64,000 bases of DNA from Verrucomicrobiaceae bacterium (GTDB lineage Bacteria > Verrucomicrobiota > Verrucomicrobiia > Chthoniobacterales > Chthoniobacteraceae). The stretch is from positions 7,587 through 71,586 of the forward strand of contig JANMLS010000039.1 in NCBI GenBank assembly GCA_031372675.1, given 5' to 3'. Below, in pieces: positions 1-8,911 of this stretch. A program made the position numbers and the translations under genes. A model generated the notes under the pieces. The model had not been told where the DNA came from. It ran no database searches and saw only the letters and a program-made list of their open reading frames with translations. Position 1 is the first letter of the stretch, and the number at the start of each line of letters is the position of its first letter.

Positions 1-2
1 TG

Positions 3-1109
3 ATGGGAAGCGGCCAGCTCGGGCGCATGTTTGCAATCGAGGCCCGCAAGATGGGCTATCGCATCCACACTTTTTCGCCGGACAGCGATTCGCCCACGGG
101 CCAAATCGCCGAGCGCGAAGTCACGGCCAGCTACGAAGACGAGGCAGCCGTGCGCGATTTTGCGAAGGGGATTTCGGTGCTCACATTTGAGTTTGAAAAC
201 GTGCCGTCGCAAACCGTCGAGTGGGCGGCGGAGCATTGCATCGTGCGGCCTGCGGGTCGTGTGCTGCACATTTGCCAGCATCGTCTCCGCGAAAAGGAAT
301 TCCTCTCCGGTGCGGGGCTTCCAGTCGCGCCATTCCGAAAAGTAACCTCTGCCGATGAGCTTGCCGCAGCCGCGAAAGAAATCGGTTTACCCGGTGTGCT
401 AAAGACCGCCGCTTTTGGCTACGACGGCAAAGGCCAGCGCAAGCTGATGCCCGGCGACGACCTCGCGGAAGCATGGAAGCCCTTCGCCGGCGCGCCCGCA
501 GTGCTGGAGGGCTTCGTGAAATTTGAGCGCGAGATTTCCGTACTCGTCTCGCGTGGAATTGACGGTGCGATGGCCACATGGCCGGTGTGCGAAAACGAAC
601 ATGCAAACCACATTCTCGACATCACCTACTGCCCGGCACGAATCCCGAATGCTGTCGCGGAAAATGCGCGTGCCCTCGCGGAGCGCGTCGCACTATCGCT
701 CGATCTCGTCGGCGTGCTCGCGGTGGAAATGTTCCTGCTCGCGGATGGCGGAATCGTGATCAACGAACTCGCGCCGCGCCCGCACAATAGCGGTCACTTC
801 AGCTTCGACGCCAGCGTGACTTCGCAGTTTGCGCAGCAGGTTCGCGCCATTTGCGGATTGCCGCTCGGTAGCACGGATTCCCTCGCGCCCGCAGCGATGT
901 CGAATCTCCTCGGCGACGTGTGGCTCGACAGCAAAACCGGCACACCAGACTGGGCCGCGGCGCTCGCCATTCCCGGCGTGCATCTTCATCTTTACGGAAA
1001 ATCCGAACCCAAGCGCGGACGCAAAATGGGGCACATCACAGCGACTGGCACAAACGTCGAAGACGCCGCCGCAAAAGCCCGCGCCGCCCGCGCCGCATTG
1101 CTTGGCTGA
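3..1109 (+). CDS. purK: N5-carboxyaminoimidazole ribonucleotide synthase (PurK, ATP-grasp), 5'-partial
   Basis: The ORF runs in from the window edge. The N-terminal GSGQLGRMFAIEARKMGY glycine loop, ATP-grasp core and C-terminal KRGRKMGHIT are typical of PurK. Confidence 0.9.
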   Translation: MGSGQLGRMFAIEARKMGYRIHTFSPDSDSPTGQIAEREVTASYEDEAAVRDFAKGISVLTFEFENVPSQTVEWAAEHCIVRPAGRVLHICQHRLREKEFLSGAGLPVAPFRKVTSADELAAAAKEIGLPGVLKTAAFGYDGKGQRKLMPGDDLAEAWKPFAGAPAVLEGFVKFEREISVLVSRGIDGAMATWPVCENEHANHILDITYCPARIPNAVAENARALAERVALSLDLVGVLAVEMFLLADGGIVINELAPRPHNSGHFSFDASVTSQFAQQVRAICGLPLGSTDSLAPAAMSNLLGDVWLDSKTGTPDWAAALAIPGVHLHLYGKSEPKRGRKMGHITATGTNVEDAAAKARAARAALLG

Positions 1110-1126
1110 GACCGGAAACACTCCGC

Positions 1127-2119
1127 ATGGAAACCATTCTCGCCGCCGCAAACAGCCCGATAGAGCTGGAGTCATCCGCGACTCCGGCGGTGCTTTTTCT
1201 GGAGTCCGGGCAGCCTGTCGCACTGCCGACGGAAACCGTTTATGGCCTTGCGGCGGACGCGCTGAATCTCGATGCCGTGCTGAAGATTTTCCAGACGAAG
1301 GAGCGTCCGCTTTTTGATCCGCTCATCGTCCACATCCCCACGCGCACATGGTTGGAGCGGATTGCGGCGATTCCCGCCGGGGATCGCGTGCTCGTGGAAA
1401 AACTGGCGAATCAATTCTGGCCGGGACCGCTCACGCTCGTGCTGCCGCGACAGCCGATTGTGCCGGATATTATCACCGCCGGGCTGGATACCGTCGCAAT
1501 TCGCATGAGCGCGCATCCGGTTTTCGATCACATCATCCGCGCTTTCGGCAGACCGCTCGCCGCGCCGAGCGCGAATCGTTTTGGCCGAATCAGCCCCACT
1601 TGCGCAGCGGATGTTATGGAGGAATTGGGCGGGCGCGTGCCGATGATTGTGGACGGCGGACGCACGACGCACGGGATCGAAAGCACCATCGTGATGGTGA
1701 AAGATGGCGCGATGATTCTGCTGCGAACCGGCCCGATCACGCCCGATGAGCTGAGGAAATTCGGCACGCTCACCACATCCGGCCCGCTGGCGAAAATGGT
1801 CGCCCCCGGCCAACTCAAAAGCCACTACGCGCCGCGCACACCGCTCACATTGCTCGATCCCGACATTGAGCCGCACTGGCAGGGCGGCGGAAAAGCCGGG
1901 CTGCTCGCGTGGTGTAGTGCGGACAGTGCGCAGGGTTTCTCCACAGTCGAAATCCTCAGCCCCACAGGGAATTTCAAAGAAGCCGCAGCCACGCTGTTTG
2001 AAAAACTCCGTCGTCTCGATAACAGCGGCCTCGACCGGATCATCGCGGAATCCATTCCCGATGAAGGCATCGGAATCGCAATCATGGACCGCTTGAGAAA
2101 AGCCTCGGCGAATGGCTGA
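1127..2119 (+). CDS. tsaC: L-threonylcarbamoyladenylate synthase, Sua5/YwlC type (YrdC domain plus Sua5 C-terminal domain)
   Basis: Internal ATG (METILAAAN) of ORF 920..2119, 18 nt after the purK stop. Carries the PTETVYGLAADA and SANRFG motifs of the YrdC/Sua5 family. The upstream part of the ORF is Arg-rich out-of-frame overlap with purK. Confidence 0.85.
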   Translation: METILAAANSPIELESSATPAVLFLESGQPVALPTETVYGLAADALNLDAVLKIFQTKERPLFDPLIVHIPTRTWLERIAAIPAGDRVLVEKLANQFWPGPLTLVLPRQPIVPDIITAGLDTVAIRMSAHPVFDHIIRAFGRPLAAPSANRFGRISPTCAADVMEELGGRVPMIVDGGRTTHGIESTIVMVKDGAMILLRTGPITPDELRKFGTLTTSGPLAKMVAPGQLKSHYAPRTPLTLLDPDIEPHWQGGGKAGLLAWCSADSAQGFSTVEILSPTGNFKEAAATLFEKLRRLDNSGLDRIIAESIPDEGIGIAIMDRLRKASANG

Positions 2120-3743
2120 ACCCGCTCCAGCCGAGACGCCAAACCGCGCGCGCACCGGACGCGCCACGGCCATCGTGAGCATTGCGGTGATGTGCTCGCG
2201 CGTGCTGGGGCTGATTCGCGAAGTCGCGTTCACGACGCTCTTCGGCACGGCGACGATGAGCTACTTCATCACCGCGTTTCGCATCCCGAATCTCCTGCGC
2301 GATCTATTCGCGGAAGGTGCGCTCTCGACCGCATTCATCACCGTGTTCTCGCGCAAGATTGCGAAGGAAGGCGAGGACTCCGCATGGCAGCTCGCGAACC
2401 GAGTCGGCACGCTCACGCTCGTGGTGATGGGCATCATCACGATTGTCGGGATGGTGTTCTCGCCGGAGATCGTCGGCTTTATCGCGAGTGGTTTCAAAGG
2501 CGACGACGCAAAGCTCACGGCGGAGCTTACGATGACGATGTTCCCCTTCATCCTGATGGTCTCACTGGCTGCGCAGGTGATGGGAATGCTGAACGCAAAA
2601 CACGTCTTCGGCTGGCCGGCGATGGCGTCTTCTTTTTTCAATATCGGCAGCATCGTCGGCGGGCTGACGATTGCGTGGAGCATTGACCACGGCTTCGGGC
2701 GCAACGCGCTTTTCGGCCTCGCGTATGGCACGCTCATCGGCGGATTTCTCCAGCTCGCCGTGCAATTTCCCTCGCTCCGCAAAGCGGGCTACCGTCCACG
2801 GCTGGATTTCCATTTTCGTGATTCCGGCGTCGCGGAAGTGCTCCGCATCATGGCTCCGGCAGTCATTGCCGCCAGCGCGGTGCAGGTGAATGTGATGGTG
2901 AACACGAGCTTCGCGACGCACCTCACTCAACTCGATGGACAGGCCGGCGCGGTCACCTGGCTGAACAACGCATTCCGGCTCATGCAGCTTCCGCTTGGGA
3001 TGTTTGGCGTTGCGATTGCCACCGTCACGCTGCCGCTTCTCAGCAAAAACATCGCGCTCGGAAGGCGCGAAGATTTTCGCAAAAATCTCTCACGCGGAAT
3101 CCGCCTCGTCTTTTTCCTCACACTCCCCGCAAGCGTAGGGCTGTGGCTGCTCGGCAGGCCGATCATGAGCATCATCTACGAGCACGGCAGTCGCGTGACG
3201 CCGCAGGACATCACCGAAAGCGCACACGCACTCCGCTGGTACGCGCTCGGTCTCGCGGCTTACGCGGGAGTGAAAGTGCTCGCCCCCGCGTTCTACGCGC
3301 TCGATAGGCGGCACACGCCGATGTACGTGAGCTTCTTCTCCATCGCGCTCAACTACGCGCTTAACTCGCTGTTCGTAAAACTCGGCTGGGGACACGAAGG
3401 ACTGGCCTTGAGCACAGGCTGCGTGGCGCTCGCAAACTTCGCGCTGCTCTACTGGTTCATGCGGCGACAGATCGGGAACCTCGACACCAACCGCCTCATC
3501 GTCGCGCTCGCAAAAATCCTCCTCGCCACCGACGCACTCGCGCTCGTGTGCATCGGCTGCGACTGGCTGTTTCTCTCAAAGTGGGACGGCATGAACTTCC
3601 CGCTCCAGGCGCTGAGTCTCGGCCTCACCATCATCCTCGCGCTATCCGCATTCATCGCCACCGCCCGCGCGCTGAAGCTGCGCGAAATGCGTGATGTGTT
3701 GGATGCCGTGAACCGCAGGCTCTCTCGGCGCCGGGCTTCGTAG
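2112..3743 (+). CDS. murJ: lipid II flippase MurJ/MviN
   Basis: 543-aa polytopic membrane protein. The N-terminus VLGLIREVAFTTLFGTATMSYFITAFRIPNLLRDLFAEGALSTAFITVFS is the canonical MurJ signature. 8-nt overlap with the tsaC stop. Confidence 0.9.
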   Translation: MAEPAPAETPNRARTGRATAIVSIAVMCSRVLGLIREVAFTTLFGTATMSYFITAFRIPNLLRDLFAEGALSTAFITVFSRKIAKEGEDSAWQLANRVGTLTLVVMGIITIVGMVFSPEIVGFIASGFKGDDAKLTAELTMTMFPFILMVSLAAQVMGMLNAKHVFGWPAMASSFFNIGSIVGGLTIAWSIDHGFGRNALFGLAYGTLIGGFLQLAVQFPSLRKAGYRPRLDFHFRDSGVAEVLRIMAPAVIAASAVQVNVMVNTSFATHLTQLDGQAGAVTWLNNAFRLMQLPLGMFGVAIATVTLPLLSKNIALGRREDFRKNLSRGIRLVFFLTLPASVGLWLLGRPIMSIIYEHGSRVTPQDITESAHALRWYALGLAAYAGVKVLAPAFYALDRRHTPMYVSFFSIALNYALNSLFVKLGWGHEGLALSTGCVALANFALLYWFMRRQIGNLDTNRLIVALAKILLATDALALVCIGCDWLFLSKWDGMNFPLQALSLGLTIILALSAFIATARALKLREMRDVLDAVNRRLSRRRAS

Positions 3744-3761
3744 AAATTATCCCTCAGTCGG

Positions 3762-3797
3762 AACGATGCTGCGTCGTAGCTGCGACGCTGCATCGTT
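3762..3797 (+). terminator. putative intrinsic terminator or palindromic element downstream of murJ
   Basis: Imperfect hairpin AACGATGCTGCGTCG-TAGC-TGCGACGCTGCATCGTT followed by a TTTTT run, about 20 nt after the murJ stop. It shares the GTCGTAGCTGCG core with the palindrome at about 36883. Confidence 0.4.
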
Positions 3798-3804
3798 TTT
3801 CAGA

Positions 3805-4650
3805 TCACCGATTCCAGCGGCGGATGCGGTCGGCGGCGATTACTACGAATGCTGTGAAAACGATGAACACGGCGGAAACCGCGTTGAGCATGGGATTCAA
3901 GCCCTTCTTCACGTTGTCGTAGATTTCCAGCGGCAGCGTTTTCGATTCGGGGCCGTTCACGAAGTAGGTCACCAGCACTTCGTCCATTGAGAGCGTGAAC
4001 GACATCAGTGCGCCGGAAATAATCGCGGGCATCATGTAAGGAACCATGACTTTGAAAAACGCCTGCAACGGCGTGGCTCCGAGGTCCATCGCGGCTTCCT
4101 CCAGCGAAGGATCGACATCCGCCAGTCGCGCCTGCACGGCCACGAGCACGAAGGGGAAACAAAACGTCACATGCGCGATGATGACGGTGAGAAAACCGGG
4201 GCCAAACCGTTCCGAGCCTGTGTTTCCGAGCATCGCGTCGAGCGCACTGTTCAGCGATGGCCCGACCGCGCTGAAAAGAATGAGCAGCGAGACGCCCATG
4301 ATGATCTCCGGGATCGCCATTGGGATGAAAAGCAGAGTCTCCCACAGCTTTTTGAAACGGTAGCGGTAGCGATACAGCAGCCATGCGCCGGTCGTCCCCA
4401 GCACCACGGAAATACATGTCACCCACGTCGCGATTTTTACGCTGTTGGCGAGTGCGCGGCGGATGCCGTCATTTCCCCACATCTCGCGATACCATTGAAG
4501 CGTGAAGCCCTCGAAATTGATGTTCAGCTTCGACGTGTTGAACGAATAGACGATCAGCAAAAGGATCGGCAGGTAGAGGAACGCGAAGACAATGCCGGTC
4601 CACCACCCGCAGAGCAGGTTCACAAGCCGCATTCCGGTAGGCAAACGCAT
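3805..4650 (-). CDS. ABC transporter permease, PotC/spermidine-putrescine type (orphan)
   Basis: Start chosen at MRLPTGMRLVN, 20 nt downstream of the rsmB-like stop. Six TM segments and the EAA-loop region LEEAAMDLGATPLQAFFKVMVP. No ATPase, PotB or binding protein is adjacent. Confidence 0.8.
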   Translation of the reverse strand: MRLPTGMRLVNLLCGWWTGIVFAFLYLPILLLIVYSFNTSKLNINFEGFTLQWYREMWGNDGIRRALANSVKIATWVTCISVVLGTTGAWLLYRYRYRFKKLWETLLFIPMAIPEIIMGVSLLILFSAVGPSLNSALDAMLGNTGSERFGPGFLTVIIAHVTFCFPFVLVAVQARLADVDPSLEEAAMDLGATPLQAFFKVMVPYMMPAIISGALMSFTLSMDEVLVTYFVNGPESKTLPLEIYDNVKKGLNPMLNAVSAVFIVFTAFVVIAADRIRRWNR

Positions 4651-4670
4651 GGAGAGCGTCTTGCTCAAAA

Positions 4671-5918
4671 TCACGCGCCCACGCAACCCTGCATCGCGAG
4701 TCTCGCCATGTAAAAACCGTCGCCGCCGTTTTCGCCGGTGTGCAGTCGTCGCTCGGCTTCCAGTTTCCACGCGGGGTGCTCGGCGAGGAATGCGTCCACC
4801 TGCTGCTCGCCTTCGGATGGCAGCACGCTGCATGTCGCATACACGAGCTTGCCGCCCTTTTTTACAAACCGGCTGTAGTCGCGCAAAAGCTGCGCCTGCA
4901 AGGTGCGGAGACGCTCAATTTCTTCGGCGGAGAGCTTCCATTTTATATCAGGATTTCGCCGCACCACGCCGAGGCCGGAGCACGGGACATCGAGCAGAAC
5001 GCGGTCTGCTGTTTCGCGAAAACGGCGCACGGATTTCGCGTCGGAAATCGCGTGCGTCTCGATGGTATCCGCGCCTGCGCGGGCGGCGCGGCGGCGGAGT
5101 TCTTCGAGTTTCCACGCTGCGACATCGAGCGAGATGATGCGGCCTTTGTTGCGCATGAGCGCGGCGAGGTGGAGCGACTTCCCGCCCGCGCCTGCGCAGG
5201 CGTCGATCACGCGCATACCGGGTTTTGCGTCGAGAAACGGCGCGACTTGCTGCGAGTTCACATCCTGCACTTCCACCCAGCCGTCTTTGTAGGGCTTCGT
5301 GTCATAAAGATCGCGCCGTCCGATTATTCGCAGCGTGCCTGCGAAGGCCGCTGGCTCGCACTCGTGCGGTGTTCCGCGCAGTGCGGCGAGCACTGCGGCG
5401 GGCAGTGCGCGGAGCGTATTCACACGGAGAAAAAGATCGGCTGGTTCGTCCATCGCGGCGCGGACCGCGAGCCATGCGTCGCCGATTTCGCTGCGCCCGA
5501 TTGCATTCAGCCAGTCGGGGACATTCGCTCCGCGTCGCGGGATTCGTTTGCCTGCAAAATGTGCGCAGACTTTTTCCAGCCGCGGCTTCGTGCAGGCGAG
5601 CGGGCTGAGGAAATTTTCGTCGGGAAATCCCGCGCTCGTCCACACATTGCGCCACGAGCGCACGAGCGCGTGGATGGCAGTAACAAAAGCCCCGCGCTCT
5701 TTCGCCTCCCACGCACGGCGCGAGCGCAAAGCTGCGGTGACTGCGCGATCCAGCGTCTGCCGCTCTACGAAAACCGCGTGCAACGCCTCCACGCACGCAG
5801 CCTGCAAATCCGCGCCTTCCGGCCCGCTTCGCTTCGACGTTTTACTACGCACAATTCCCATAACCGCACCAAGCGTCCCGCGCCGTGCGCAGTCAAAGCA
5901 AAATCCGGTGCGAGCCAT
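4671..5918 (-). CDS. rRNA (cytosine-C5) methyltransferase, RsmB/NOL1/NOP2/Sun family
   Basis: SAM motif DACAGAGGKS and catalytic Cys motifs DVPCSGLGVVRRNPD and YATCS. Confidence 0.8.
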   Translation of the reverse strand: MARTGFCFDCARRGTLGAVMGIVRSKTSKRSGPEGADLQAACVEALHAVFVERQTLDRAVTAALRSRRAWEAKERGAFVTAIHALVRSWRNVWTSAGFPDENFLSPLACTKPRLEKVCAHFAGKRIPRRGANVPDWLNAIGRSEIGDAWLAVRAAMDEPADLFLRVNTLRALPAAVLAALRGTPHECEPAAFAGTLRIIGRRDLYDTKPYKDGWVEVQDVNSQQVAPFLDAKPGMRVIDACAGAGGKSLHLAALMRNKGRIISLDVAAWKLEELRRRAARAGADTIETHAISDAKSVRRFRETADRVLLDVPCSGLGVVRRNPDIKWKLSAEEIERLRTLQAQLLRDYSRFVKKGGKLVYATCSVLPSEGEQQVDAFLAEHPAWKLEAERRLHTGENGGDGFYMARLAMQGCVGA

Positions 5919-5921
5919 GCC

Positions 5922-5956
5922 AAAGTAGTCCGGTCACGGCGTGACTGGACTACTTT
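5922..5956. repeat. REP-like palindrome (AAAGTAGTCCGGTCACG-G-CGTGACTGGACTACTTT)
   Basis: 35-nt near-perfect hairpin filling most of the 63-bp divergent spacer between the rsmB-like start (5918) and the alkD-like start (5982). Same core as the copies at 20064, 49565, 61933 and 61973. Confidence 0.8.
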
Positions 5957-5981
5957 CGCCCAGCTTGCTGAAATCCCCGCC

Positions 5982-6710
5982 ATGCCGACAAATCAAACCG
6001 CCGCCTCGCTCCGTAAGAAACTGCACGAGCTCGGAGACTCCGAACGCGCAGCCGGTGCACTGCGCTTTTTCAAAACCGGACCCGGCGAGTATGGCGAGGG
6101 CGACCAGTTTATCGGCGTCGTCGTCCCGCAGCTACGCGCACTGGCGAAGCTCGGAGATGACTGCGATGAAGAGGGCATCCTCTCGCTGCTGCATTCCAAA
6201 TGGCACGAAGAGCGGTTGCTCGCGCTGTTCGTCATGGTGCGCCAATTTCAGCGGGCGAAAGACGACGAGCGTGCGCAGAAAAGCATCGTTGCGCTCTACC
6301 TCGCAAATACGCGCTGGGTGAATAACTGGGACCTTGTGGACGCAAGCTCCGCCTACATTTTAGGGCCGTGGTTGCTGGCTCGCGACCGCAGTATTTTGCG
6401 CAAGCTCGCCGCTTCCAAAAATATGTGGGAGCAGCGCATCGCGGTGCTGGCGACTTGGGCGTTTATCCGTGCAGGCGACTTCTCCGAAACGCTCGCACTC
6501 TGCGAAATCCTGCTCTCGCATCGCCACGATCTCATGCACAAAGCATGTGGCTGGATGCTGCGCGAAGTCGGCAAGCGCGATGTGGAAGTGCTGCGCGGCT
6601 TTCTCGATGCCCACGCGCCCCGAATGCCGCGCACGATGCTGCGCTACGCCATCGAAAGACTGCCCGAAGTAGAGCGGCGCAAGTATCTTTCCATCAAGCG
6701 TGAGACGTAA
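5982..6710 (+). CDS. DNA alkylation repair protein (AlkD/AlkC-like HEAT-repeat glycosylase family)
   Basis: 242-aa C-terminal part of ORF 4740..6710, starting at MPTNQTAASLRKKL. FIGVVVPQLRALAK, NNWDLVD and KACGWMLREVGK match the DNA_alkylation family. The upstream 1.2 kb of the ORF is antisense to the rsmB-like gene. Confidence 0.8.
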   Translation: MPTNQTAASLRKKLHELGDSERAAGALRFFKTGPGEYGEGDQFIGVVVPQLRALAKLGDDCDEEGILSLLHSKWHEERLLALFVMVRQFQRAKDDERAQKSIVALYLANTRWVNNWDLVDASSAYILGPWLLARDRSILRKLAASKNMWEQRIAVLATWAFIRAGDFSETLALCEILLSHRHDLMHKACGWMLREVGKRDVEVLRGFLDAHAPRMPRTMLRYAIERLPEVERRKYLSIKRET

Positions 6711-6823
6711 AGTAGCCCGCGAGTCCCATCGCGGCGTCACATCACTCGCGAAGCGACACTTCATTTGATTGGTCGCTTCGCGAGATGTGTTCAGCCGCGA
6801 AGCAAGAGACTCGCGGGCTACTT
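6709..6823. repeat. MITE-like nested palindromic element (termini AAAGTAGCCCGCGAGTC / GACTCGCGGGCTACTT)
   Basis: Terminal inverted repeats of about 17 nt plus an inner hairpin CACTCGCGAAGCGAC...GTCGCTTCGCGAG. It begins within the alkD-like stop codon. Related copy at 20873-21004. Confidence 0.75.
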
Positions 6824-6934
6824 CCAGTTTGCGGGCTGCTTTTTAATCCGACCTCGCGAGACGAATTCCAATGCCACGCCGAGATCGTGCGCTAAAGCGG
6901 GGGCGCGTCACATAACTTCATCTTCAAAATTCAC

Positions 6935-7873
6935 ATGACTGATAATCTCTGGCTATGGGTTGGTTTTAACATTTTCGTGCTCTTCATGCTCGCGCTCGAC
7001 CTTGGCGTGTTTCATCGCAAAGCCCACGTCGTCACTTTACGCGAATCACTGACTTGGACTGCGGTATGGGTCTCTCTAGCGCTCATTTTTAATGCCGGAC
7101 TCTGGCACTATCGTGGCAGCACCGTCGCGCTGGAGTTTTTCACCGGCTACGTCATCGAGAAGTCTCTGAGCGTGGATAACATCTTTGTGTTTGTGATGTT
7201 GTTTACCTACTTCCGCGTTCCTGCGCAGTACCAGCACAAAGTCCTCTTTTGGGGCATCCTTAGCGCATTAGTCATGCGGGCGATGATGATCGCTGTGGGG
7301 ACAGTGCTGATAGCAAAGTTCGCGTGGATTCTCTACATTTTCGGGGCGTTCCTTATCCTCACTGGCTTGAAGATGATCTTCAAAAAAGAGGAGGAAATCC
7401 ACCCTGAGAACAATCCCGTGGTGCGTTGGTTTAAGCGCTTTATCCCGGTAACGCCGGACTATCGCGGGGATCGATTTTGGGTGCGTGAAAACGGCGTCCT
7501 TTTCGCCACGCCACTGTTCGTCGTGCTGATTCTTGTCGAGATTACCGACGTGATATTCGCAGTGGACAGCATCCCGGCGATCTTCGCAGTCACGAAGGAT
7601 CCGTTCATCGTCTATACCTCAAACGTGTTCGCCATTCTGGGCCTGCGCTCGCTCTATTTCGCGCTTTCCGGGGTGATGGACAAATTCCACTACCTCAAGA
7701 TCGGCTTGGGTGTGGTCCTAACATTTGTCGGCGTGAAAATGCTGCTCGGTCACACGCCGTATAAACTGGATACGCTTCTCGCGCTCTGCGTCATCATTTC
7801 AATTCTGGCTACCTCAGTCATCGCCTCGCTGATTTACCCAAAACACAAGCTGCCGACCCTGCCCGAAAGCTAG
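6935..7873 (+). CDS. TerC/Alx family integral membrane protein
   Basis: 312 aa. N-terminus WLWVGFNIFVLFMLALDLGVFHRKAH, plus EKSLSVDNIFVF and FAVDSIPAIFAVT, the two conserved TerC repeats. Confidence 0.85.
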   Translation: MTDNLWLWVGFNIFVLFMLALDLGVFHRKAHVVTLRESLTWTAVWVSLALIFNAGLWHYRGSTVALEFFTGYVIEKSLSVDNIFVFVMLFTYFRVPAQYQHKVLFWGILSALVMRAMMIAVGTVLIAKFAWILYIFGAFLILTGLKMIFKKEEEIHPENNPVVRWFKRFIPVTPDYRGDRFWVRENGVLFATPLFVVLILVEITDVIFAVDSIPAIFAVTKDPFIVYTSNVFAILGLRSLYFALSGVMDKFHYLKIGLGVVLTFVGVKMLLGHTPYKLDTLLALCVIISILATSVIASLIYPKHKLPTLPES

Positions 7874-7939
7874 TCGGGCAATGCGAAAACCTCTTTTACG
7901 AGGCTTGCACTCAGGGCGCGGATTCTCCATTTCACACGC

Positions 7940-8911
7940 ATGAAACTGACTCTCCTGTTTTCTCTCGCCCTCGCCTCACTCGGTTTTGCCGCCGATAAAA
8001 AGAACGTCATCCTCATCGCCGGTCGTCCTTCGCATGGGCCTGGGCAGCATGAGCACAATGCAGGCGTGCAACTTCTCGCAAAATGTCTCGAACAAGGCGC
8101 TGCGGATCGCGTTGCGGTGCAGGTGAAGCTGAATGCGGAATGGCCGACCGCCGAGGAGATGGCTGCTGCAAATTCGATCCTGATTTACTCGGATGGCGGT
8201 GGCGGACATCCAGCAATCCAAGGCGACCGACTCCAGCAACTCGATAAGGAAATGAAACGCGGCTGCGGCTTTGTCTGTCTGCATTACGCGGTGGAGCCTG
8301 CGTATGAAAAAACGAATTGGGCCGATGGCGAACCCGGCCCGGACGGAAAGCCCACGAAGACGATGCCGCCACCGGCAGAGCGCGGCTCGCAGGGCAAAGG
8401 TGCGCCGGAATTTCTGAACTGGCTGGGCGGATATTTCGAGCAGTGGTGGAGCGTGAATCCGCACTGGACGGCGGATTTCAGCACGCTGCCTAAGCACGCA
8501 ATCAGCTCCGGTGTGAAGCCCTTCAGCACGAAGGATGAATGGTATTACCACATGCGTTTCCAGCGCGGGATGAAAGGCGTGACGCCGATTCTCAGCGCAC
8601 TGCCGCCGGAGGAGACGACCACACGCGGTGAAGGCCCGCACGCGGGAAACCCGGAGCAGAAAAAAGCCGTGCTGGAACTCAAAGCGCCACAGCATGTCGC
8701 ATGGGCGGTGGAGCGTGAAGATGGCGGACGTGGCTTTGGTTTCACGGGCGGTCATTTCCACGCGAGCTGGGCGAATGACGACCAGCGCAAGCTCGTCCTG
8801 AATGCGATTGCGTGGACGGCGAAAGCGGAAGTCCCAGCAGACGGCATCGCGAGCAAAGTGACGGATGAGGACATGACTGCGAACCTCGATCCGAAGGGCA
8901 AAAAGAAATGA
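7940..8911 (+). CDS. secreted ThuA-like (class I glutamine amidotransferase fold) protein
   Basis: Signal peptide MKLTLLFSLALASLGFAA. NVILIAGRPSHGPGQHEH, DEWYYHM and the LNAIAWT tail resemble ThuA domain proteins. Confidence 0.65.
   Translation: MKLTLLFSLALASLGFAADKKNVILIAGRPSHGPGQHEHNAGVQLLAKCLEQGAADRVAVQVKLNAEWPTAEEMAAANSILIYSDGGGGHPAIQGDRLQQLDKEMKRGCGFVCLHYAVEPAYEKTNWADGEPGPDGKPTKTMPPPAERGSQGKGAPEFLNWLGGYFEQWWSVNPHWTADFSTLPKHAISSGVKPFSTKDEWYYHMRFQRGMKGVTPILSALPPEETTTRGEGPHAGNPEQKKAVLELKAPQHVAWAVEREDGGRGFGFTGGHFHASWANDDQRKLVLNAIAWTAKAEVPADGIASKVTDEDMTANLDPKGKKK

Noticed and set aside
4740-5981. N-terminal 414 codons of ORF 4740..6710
   Set aside because: This part is antisense to the rsmB-like gene and has no homology-like motifs. 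The AlkD-like domain begins cleanly at the ATG at 5982, after an intergenic palindrome.
6824-6934. Possible yybP-ykoY (manganese) riboswitch upstream of the TerC/Alx-family gene
   Set aside because: Alx/TerC genes often carry this leader. However, I could not find the conserved GGGGAGUAG and GAGAC-type loop motifs or the four-way junction pattern in the 110-nt leader. Only a covariance-model scan could settle it.
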